A stretch of 32,000 bases of DNA from an uncultured bacterium (GTDB taxonomy: Bacteria > Patescibacteriota > Gracilibacteria > UBA1369 > PNNO01). This document shows, piece by piece, positions 26,380-32,000 of this stretch. The stretch spans positions 1,050,001 through 1,082,000 of the forward strand of contig OY969931.1 of NCBI GenBank assembly GCA_963704705.1, written 5' to 3'. The position numbers and the translations under genes were made by a program. Position 1 is the first letter of the stretch; the number at the start of each line of letters is the position of its first letter. A model generated the notes under the pieces. The model saw only the letters and a list, made by a program, of their open reading frames with translations. It ran no database searches and was not told the DNA's origin.

Positions 26380-27435
26380 CTATTGTGCTGTCGTTGTATT
26401 ATCTGTCGTTGTATTATCTGTCGTTGTATTATCTGTCGTTGTATTATCTGTCGTTGTATTATCTTCAGTCATGGTATCGTCTATTTTCAAATCTCCCATC
26501 ATAGCATTAATTTCTTCATCAGTCATCGTGCTGTTGTCAGATGTTGATGGATCAGACGTCATTGCTCCTCCGAACATAAGTCCCATCATATCTTCTTCAG
26601 TGAATTCTTTATCATATTCAGGAGTTGTAACTTTAGCTGATTTAGTTGGATTAACTTTCAATGTCATATTGATAGTTCCGTTCATTTCAGGGTCATTTAA
26701 AGTCATCGCTCCTCCAAAACCTGTTAATACCATATCGTCAACTGCAACATAAACATCACCTTTTATATCAGCTGCAGCAAAGAATTTCTCAGCATCTGTA
26801 GTATCAGTTCCCTGCATTAAATCCAATATAAGTTGTTCGTCGATTTCTGCAGTAAAGTGATAACTCTTAAGACCTAAAATATCAGTTGTTCCTTTATATT
26901 CAATATTTTTAAAAGGAAGAGGGTCGTTTTCCTGATAATCAACCTGCATAATACCTGAATTTATTAAATCGTCAGATGTAACAAAAGAAAGTTTTACCCA
27001 TTTACCCAAATAATCTTCAAGGTATAAATTAGCAAGTTCCTGACTGTCAGGGTCAGATAGATCTACTTTTTCAATTTTAATAAACACACCATCAGCAGTT
27101 GATCTTAGTTCAAGATTAGCTTTTAATTTTTCTCCGTTCATATCAGCGTCTACAGCCATTACAATGCTCAATTCTCCTGTATCAGAATTTGAGCTTCCAT
27201 TCAAAGAAAAATTTCCATCAAGTGAATTTTGTTCTCCGTCCACTTCTCCTTTAAGATTTGCATCAGCTTTCAATTCAAACACAGCCTGTGTGTATTCAGT
27301 CTGGTTGAGTAAAGCTTTTGTAATTACATCTTCCGGAGACATTCCAGCTGGCAATCCTTCTTGTGCGCATCCACCAGCAAAAGCAAGAATTCCAATGCCC
27401 AGTGTAATAAGAACCATTTTTGAAAGTGCTTTCAT
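26380..27435 (-). CDS. secreted lipoprotein with Thr/Asn/Asp repeat tail
   Basis: MKALSKMVLITLGIGILAFAGGCAQEG has a lipobox-like AGGC. Body resembles a LppX/LprG-type or DUF-type lipid-binding fold (weak). Tail is TTTDNTTTDNTTTDNTTTDN. Confidence 0.8.
   Translation of the reverse strand: MKALSKMVLITLGIGILAFAGGCAQEGLPAGMSPEDVITKALLNQTEYTQAVFELKADANLKGEVDGEQNSLDGNFSLNGSSNSDTGELSIVMAVDADMNGEKLKANLELRSTADGVFIKIEKVDLSDPDSQELANLYLEDYLGKWVKLSFVTSDDLINSGIMQVDYQENDPLPFKNIEYKGTTDILGLKSYHFTAEIDEQLILDLMQGTDTTDAEKFFAAADIKGDVYVAVDDMVLTGFGGAMTLNDPEMNGTINMTLKVNPTKSAKVTTPEYDKEFTEEDMMGLMFGGAMTSDPSTSDNSTMTDEEINAMMGDLKIDDTMTEDNTTTDNTTTDNTTTDNTTTDNTTTAQ
26388..26462. repeat. 5 x 15 nt perfect tandem repeat (CTGTCGTTGTATTAT) within the lipoprotein C-terminus
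   Basis: Units 26388-26402, 26403-26417, 26418-26432, 26433-26447 and 26448-26462. Encodes NTTTD on the minus strand. Confidence 0.95.
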
Positions 27436-27548
27436 ATATAAAAAGGTTAAAGATAACTAAAAAAAATTGTAATGAATAAAGCCTCGGATGTAAAGTTCAA
27501 GTGGTCTTCCAAAATAAATACAAAAAAGGTATGATATTTTTACTGTTT

Positions 27549-30005
27549 ATGAAAAAGAAAATAAGTAAAATTTTGGCTTTATCTATAGCGTTTTTGCTTT
27601 TAACTGCGGCACCTGTCGCAAGCGCATCCACTTTTGCTGATGTCCCATATTCTCATCCTCAGAGCAATGCTATTTCGTATTTGCAATCATATAACATCGT
27701 AGAAGGTTATGATGACAACACTTTCAGGCCGGATAATTTAATTAACAGGGTTGAATTTTTAAAAATCGTTCTTGAAGGAACCAATGTGTCTTTAGACAAC
27801 AACATTGCAACAGGTTTTAATGATGTTGATGAAAGTCAATGGTATATACCTTATATAAGGAAAGCAAAAGCAGAAGGATGGGTGCAGGGTTATCCCGACA
27901 ACACATTTAGGCCTTTAAGCCCTATTAATAAAGTGGAAGCATTGAAAATTTTAGGAGAAGTTCAGAATTGGGATATACTTGCCCTTGGAGAAGTTCCTGA
28001 AGCAGCTTATAAAGACACCTACAGATTCAGCTGGTATTCACCATATGTTTATTTTGCTAAAGATCATAACCTTTTAACTGAAGAAAAAGATTATCTTGAG
28101 CCCGGAAAAGAAATTACAAGAGCCTATATGGCTGAACTTGTTTATCAGAGTATTGTTCAAAATGTAATTTTATATAAACCGTTTCAAACTGCTGAAGACA
28201 AAATTAAGGAGGTTAAAACAATTGAAACCCCAAGCACCTTTACCACAATAAGCCCGACTTTTTTTGATGGTGTTGTTTTGGATTCAGCAATACCAAACAC
28301 CTTTTATTTAAATGAAGTATATGTTGTTGAAGGTGAAATAACAGGTACGCGCAATTACGATTCAATTTTTGCATTTTTCGCTGAAAAAAACGACGGAACA
28401 AATATATTCACGCATATGCTTGGAACTTTAAAGGGCAATAGATTTGAAATACCGCTTGTTTTCAGAAAAGCAGGAACTTATCAGCTCGGAATAATTCCAG
28501 GAACTGCAGGTGAAAGTAACGTAGTGGATATAACAGTATTAGATGGTATTCCACCTGAAGGCACAAATTCAAACCTAACTAAACCATCTAATCTTAATAT
28601 AAATTTTAAAAACGACACAACTTCAGTTACCTGGGATGATAATGGAAATGATGTATTCAGGGTTTATTTTTATCAGGATAGCACTGTACATTCCTATTTG
28701 GTTAGAGATAGAAATTCTTTGGATATTTTTTATAAAGATTTTAAGAACTTTGATGAAGGAAATATTGACTGGAGAGTTTATGGAGCAAAAGCAACATCAC
28801 TTTCTCCCCTTAAACTTGAAAGTACATGGAGCCAAAGTACTGATTATAATTTCGAAGCAGTAACTCACAATTTCAGACTTTCGCTGGATGATTCAATAAC
28901 ATATTCAACCATCCCTGAGTTACTTCCTTCAAATAAACCAATTGAAGTTTCAGGTTCAACTCAGGAGAACATATTTAATACCGGAGCAGTAATAAAGCCT
29001 GATGGTTCAGCCGATACTTTTAAAATAAACACAAATTCAACACTTCTTGATTATTTTGGAAATGAAATTATTTCATCCGGTTCAACCTTTAACTTTACAT
29101 ACAATCCGCAAACAATAGGTGTTTATATTCTTGAAATAAATAATCAGGGAGGCAGCGCTGTTTTAAATGTTCCTGTTTATATTGGAGATATTATACCTTT
29201 TATACCTGATTTCTTTGACTTACAGGATCCGTTTGAAAAAACATATACTCTTGATTTAAATGCTAAAAGAAACGAACTTCTTAACTATATTAATGTTGAA
29301 CGCGCTGCACACGGCCTTTCTTCTGTTACTTTTAGAGATGATCTAAATAATCTGGCACAAAATTATGCAACCGACATGGTTGATCGACATTTTTTCTCAC
29401 ATATTGACCCTGATGGAGGCGATCCTGATACCAGAAGAGAAGCTTTGGGTATAAAAACAAATGTTGGTGAAAATCTTGCACATTCCCCAAGTGTTTATTT
29501 TGCTCACCAAGCCTTGATGCGAAGTGCAATTCATCGTGAAAACATATTGGATCCAAATTGGGATAATATTGGGATTGGTATAGAACTTGACGGTTCAGGG
29601 GACATGATGATAGTGGAAGAATTCTCTCATCATCTTTGGAACAAGACTGATATTCAAAATTTTGAAAACCAATTATTAGATAAAATCAATAATGAACGCG
29701 GCAGCAGCTTGATTGTAAATTCAACATTGGTTGATGTTGCAAGAACATGGTCTCAAAATATGATAGACCAAAACTACTTTTCTTTTACGTCTCCTTCTGG
29801 TATAAACCTCATTGATGAAGTACATAACAGCGGAGTAACAAATGAAGGCCGCGCTTATATTTTAAAAGAAGGAACTTTAGATTCATTATTCAGAAAATTG
29901 ATTGAAGACAGCGATGTTTTGCTCAGCAAATGGAGGATAATCGGAATTGGTGTGACTCAAAATGAATGGAGCTCCTTGTATGTAACAGTACTTTATACGG
30001 AATAA
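27549..30005 (+). CDS. secreted surface protein with three SLH domains and two C-terminal CAP/SCP-like domains
   Basis: Signal peptide MKKKISKILALSIAFLLLTAAPVASA from ATG at 27549 (track start 27501). SLH repeats FADVPYSHPQSNAISYLQSYNIVEGYDDNTFRPDNLINRVE. CAP 1: LLNYINVERAAHGLSSVTFRDDLNNLAQNYATDMVDRHFFSHIDPDG...VGENLA. CAP 2: LLDKINNERGSSLIVNSTLVDVARTWSQNMIDQNYFSF. Confidence 0.88.
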   Translation: MKKKISKILALSIAFLLLTAAPVASASTFADVPYSHPQSNAISYLQSYNIVEGYDDNTFRPDNLINRVEFLKIVLEGTNVSLDNNIATGFNDVDESQWYIPYIRKAKAEGWVQGYPDNTFRPLSPINKVEALKILGEVQNWDILALGEVPEAAYKDTYRFSWYSPYVYFAKDHNLLTEEKDYLEPGKEITRAYMAELVYQSIVQNVILYKPFQTAEDKIKEVKTIETPSTFTTISPTFFDGVVLDSAIPNTFYLNEVYVVEGEITGTRNYDSIFAFFAEKNDGTNIFTHMLGTLKGNRFEIPLVFRKAGTYQLGIIPGTAGESNVVDITVLDGIPPEGTNSNLTKPSNLNINFKNDTTSVTWDDNGNDVFRVYFYQDSTVHSYLVRDRNSLDIFYKDFKNFDEGNIDWRVYGAKATSLSPLKLESTWSQSTDYNFEAVTHNFRLSLDDSITYSTIPELLPSNKPIEVSGSTQENIFNTGAVIKPDGSADTFKINTNSTLLDYFGNEIISSGSTFNFTYNPQTIGVYILEINNQGGSAVLNVPVYIGDIIPFIPDFFDLQDPFEKTYTLDLNAKRNELLNYINVERAAHGLSSVTFRDDLNNLAQNYATDMVDRHFFSHIDPDGGDPDTRREALGIKTNVGENLAHSPSVYFAHQALMRSAIHRENILDPNWDNIGIGIELDGSGDMMIVEEFSHHLWNKTDIQNFENQLLDKINNERGSSLIVNSTLVDVARTWSQNMIDQNYFSFTSPSGINLIDEVHNSGVTNEGRAYILKEGTLDSLFRKLIEDSDVLLSKWRIIGIGVTQNEWSSLYVTVLYTE

Positions 30006-30006
30006 C

Positions 30007-31527
30007 ATGAACTTTAAAACAAGAAAAATCAGATATAAAAGAAGAAGCTATTTTAAAGATATTGCAAATAGAATCGGTTCAATATTCAAACATAATAAAA
30101 CGATAAACAACGTTAAACATAAAACAAATTTTGGTTTAATCGTATCAATTATAATTGTCGTTGTTCTTTTCTTTTATGGTTGCAGCGTTGTTATTTCAAA
30201 AATTGGATTAATTAATGTTATTGGATTTTTCGGGGAACCGTTAGATACAGATGTTTATGGAAATACAAATATATTAATGCTTGGAACGGGTGGTGGTGAC
30301 CATGATGGGGCAGATCTAACAGATACAATAATTGTCGCAAGCATTGATCAAAAAAATAAATTAGTTCCGATGCTTTCAATTCCGCGTGATTTTTATGTTA
30401 ATGTCCCTCAGTTGGGCGGAGGTTTAAGAATTAATAATATCTATGAACTTGGAAAAGAAAAATATGATTCAGTAACCGGAATTCAGCTAGCAAAACAAGC
30501 GATTGAAGATATTACAGGAGTAAATATCCATTATTATGTAAAAGTGGATTTTGCCGGTTTTAAAGACATTGTTGACAGTCTTGATGGTGTTGATATTTAT
30601 GTTGATGAAGCAATACATGATCCTTATTACCCTAAAGAAGAAACTACTCAATACGAAACATTTGATTTACCTGCAGGGCAAACACATATGGATGGTGCAA
30701 CAGCGCTTAAGTATGCAAGAAGCCGAAAAACAACCAGCGACTTCGACAGATCAAAACGTCAGCAAAAACTTTTATTTGCTATAAAAGCAAAAGCCATGCA
30801 AAAAAATATTTTACTTAATCCGGGTAAAATAACTGAATTATATAATGCTGTTAGCAGCCACATTGAAACAAATCTTTCAATAAGGCATATAATTGAACTT
30901 GCTAAAGTTTCTCAGGATTTCAATCAGGAAAACATTGTTTCAAAAGTAATGACTGATGATCCAACCCGCTGTGGTGGATTCCTTTATGTGCCTGAAAGGG
31001 ATTTATTCGGAGGAGCATATGTTCTTGTGCCTATCGGAAATACATATAATTTTATTCATCAGTATGTTGATTTGATTTTCCATTATCCTGAACTCAATAA
31101 AAATCCAATCAAAATTCAGGTATTGAACGGTACCAAATCCCCTGGCCTGGCAGTTGAAAGTAAGGCTATACTGCAAAGGTTATGTTTTGATGTTATCAGA
31201 TACGGCAATGCACAATCACAAAATATTGAAAATACGACACTTTATTATAAAGAAGCTCCGGCTTCATCTGAAGAAGAAGTTGATACAAAACAAAACGTGC
31301 CTGATGCGCTTTATTTCATTAAGCAATTAATTCCAGGTGAAATTTCAACTGATATCCCTGAAAAATATTTTGAACCTCAATATGAAAGTGACGCTGATGT
31401 TATTTTGGAATTAGGTGAAAATTATGCAAAGTCAAAACCAAACGATATTTTCTATTTATACTACCCTACTGACAATGGCTCAAGTGAAACAGCAGAAACA
31501 ACTACCGCAGAAACTCCCACCGAATAA
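30007..31527 (+). CDS. LytR-CpsA-Psr (LCP) family protein with C-terminal LytR_C-like domain
   Basis: TM anchor then NILMLGTGGGDHDGADLTDTIIVASIDQKNKLVPMLSIPRDFYVNVP...KYARSRKTTSDFDRSKRQQKLLFAIKAKA, and a C-terminal IKIQVLNGTKSPGLAVESKAILQRLCFDV domain. Confidence 0.93.
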   Translation: MNFKTRKIRYKRRSYFKDIANRIGSIFKHNKTINNVKHKTNFGLIVSIIIVVVLFFYGCSVVISKIGLINVIGFFGEPLDTDVYGNTNILMLGTGGGDHDGADLTDTIIVASIDQKNKLVPMLSIPRDFYVNVPQLGGGLRINNIYELGKEKYDSVTGIQLAKQAIEDITGVNIHYYVKVDFAGFKDIVDSLDGVDIYVDEAIHDPYYPKEETTQYETFDLPAGQTHMDGATALKYARSRKTTSDFDRSKRQQKLLFAIKAKAMQKNILLNPGKITELYNAVSSHIETNLSIRHIIELAKVSQDFNQENIVSKVMTDDPTRCGGFLYVPERDLFGGAYVLVPIGNTYNFIHQYVDLIFHYPELNKNPIKIQVLNGTKSPGLAVESKAILQRLCFDVIRYGNAQSQNIENTTLYYKEAPASSEEEVDTKQNVPDALYFIKQLIPGEISTDIPEKYFEPQYESDADVILELGENYAKSKPNDIFYLYYPTDNGSSETAETTTAETPTE

Positions 31528-31531
31528 TAAA

Positions 31532-32000
31532 ATGCGACTCGCACGTTTCATTGCAATGAATTCAGAATATTCACGCAGAAAAGCTGAAGACCTTATTAGT
31601 GAAGGGCGTGTTAAATTAAATAATAAAACATCCAAATTAGGTGAACTAATAAACATTGAAAAAGATAAAGTTTTTATTGATGGCAAAATCCTCAAACCCA
31701 TAGCAGCAAGAATTACTTTAATGCTAAACAAACCTGCCGGTTATACAACTACAAAAAAAGACCCGCATGCCAATAAAACCGTAATGGATTTGATTCCTCA
31801 TAAAGATGTTTTTCCGGTAGGAAGACTTGATAAAGATACTGAAGGGCTTCTTTTACTTACAAACGATGGTGATTTAGCATATAAATTAACTCACCCAAAA
31901 TTCGAACATGAAAAGGAATACTATGTTGAACTTAAAAATCCTGTTTCAAATGATGAAATTAAAAAAATCGAAAATGGCATAATTTTAGATGGCAAAAAAA
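31532..32000 (+). CDS. RsuA/RluB-family pseudouridine synthase with N-terminal S4 domain (3' end outside window)
   Basis: Manual translation MRLARFIAMNSEYSRRKAEDLISEGRVKLNNKTSKLGELI...ITLMLNKPAGYTTTKKDPHANKTVMDLIPHKDVFPVGRLDKDTEGLLLLTNDGDLAYKLTHPKFEHEKEYYVEL. Missing from the ORF track because it is open at the edge. Confidence 0.92.
   Translation, partial: MRLARFIAMNSEYSRRKAEDLISEGRVKLNNKTSKLGELINIEKDKVFIDGKILKPIAARITLMLNKPAGYTTTKKDPHANKTVMDLIPHKDVFPVGRLDKDTEGLLLLTNDGDLAYKLTHPKFEHEKEYYVELKNPVSNDEIKKIENGIILDGKK

Noticed and set aside
26388-26462. Possible CRISPR array
   Set aside because: Units are 15 nt, contiguous and without spacers, so this is an in-frame coding tandem repeat.
26313-26504. 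ORF 26313..26504 (+) with SLYYL repeats
   Set aside because: The SLYYL repeats are the antisense reading of the 15 nt minisatellite coding for NTTTD in the lipoprotein.

Overview
AT-rich bacterial chromosomal window. It has single-copy housekeeping genes, very small intergenic gaps, stop-start overlaps and few recognisable Shine-Dalgarno motifs. Gene content resembles a Candidate Phyla Radiation (Peregrinibacteria-like) genome, but that lineage call is inference. UGA behaves as a normal stop, so the standard bacterial code applies. The core landmark is rpmH-rnpA-yidC-jag/khpB. It runs into an SLH+RlpA-like surface protein, an FtsL/FtsB-like membrane protein and tRNA-Glu(UUC). Other recognisable genes: a PP2C-like transmembrane protein (open at the left edge and absent from the ORF track), a BASS transporter, a SixA-like phosphatase, a C1q/tail-fibre-like surface protein, an M15 peptidase, ilvD, a GH1 glycosidase, a DJ-1/PfpI protein, a B12-dependent class II ribonucleotide reductase, an MTH938-like protein, a nitroreductase, two tandem membrane-anchored methyltransferases, a ComEC-like protein without a beta-lactamase domain, a TrmB-family regulator, a repeat-tailed lipoprotein, an SLH + double CAP surface protein, a LytR-CpsA-Psr protein and an RsuA/RluB pseudouridine synthase (open at the right edge, absent from the ORF track). 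I found no CRISPR array, transposon, prophage or defence island. The best second looks are unusual envelope-protein architectures (YidC with an Ig-like insert, PP2C-TM-propeller, SLH-RlpA, SLH-CAP-CAP, modular C1q/collagen/tail-fibre protein), the paired methyltransferases, several inverted repeats at promoters or start codons, and a GC-rich repeat forming the tails of two convergent ORFs. No wholly new multi-gene system can be demonstrated from this sequence alone.
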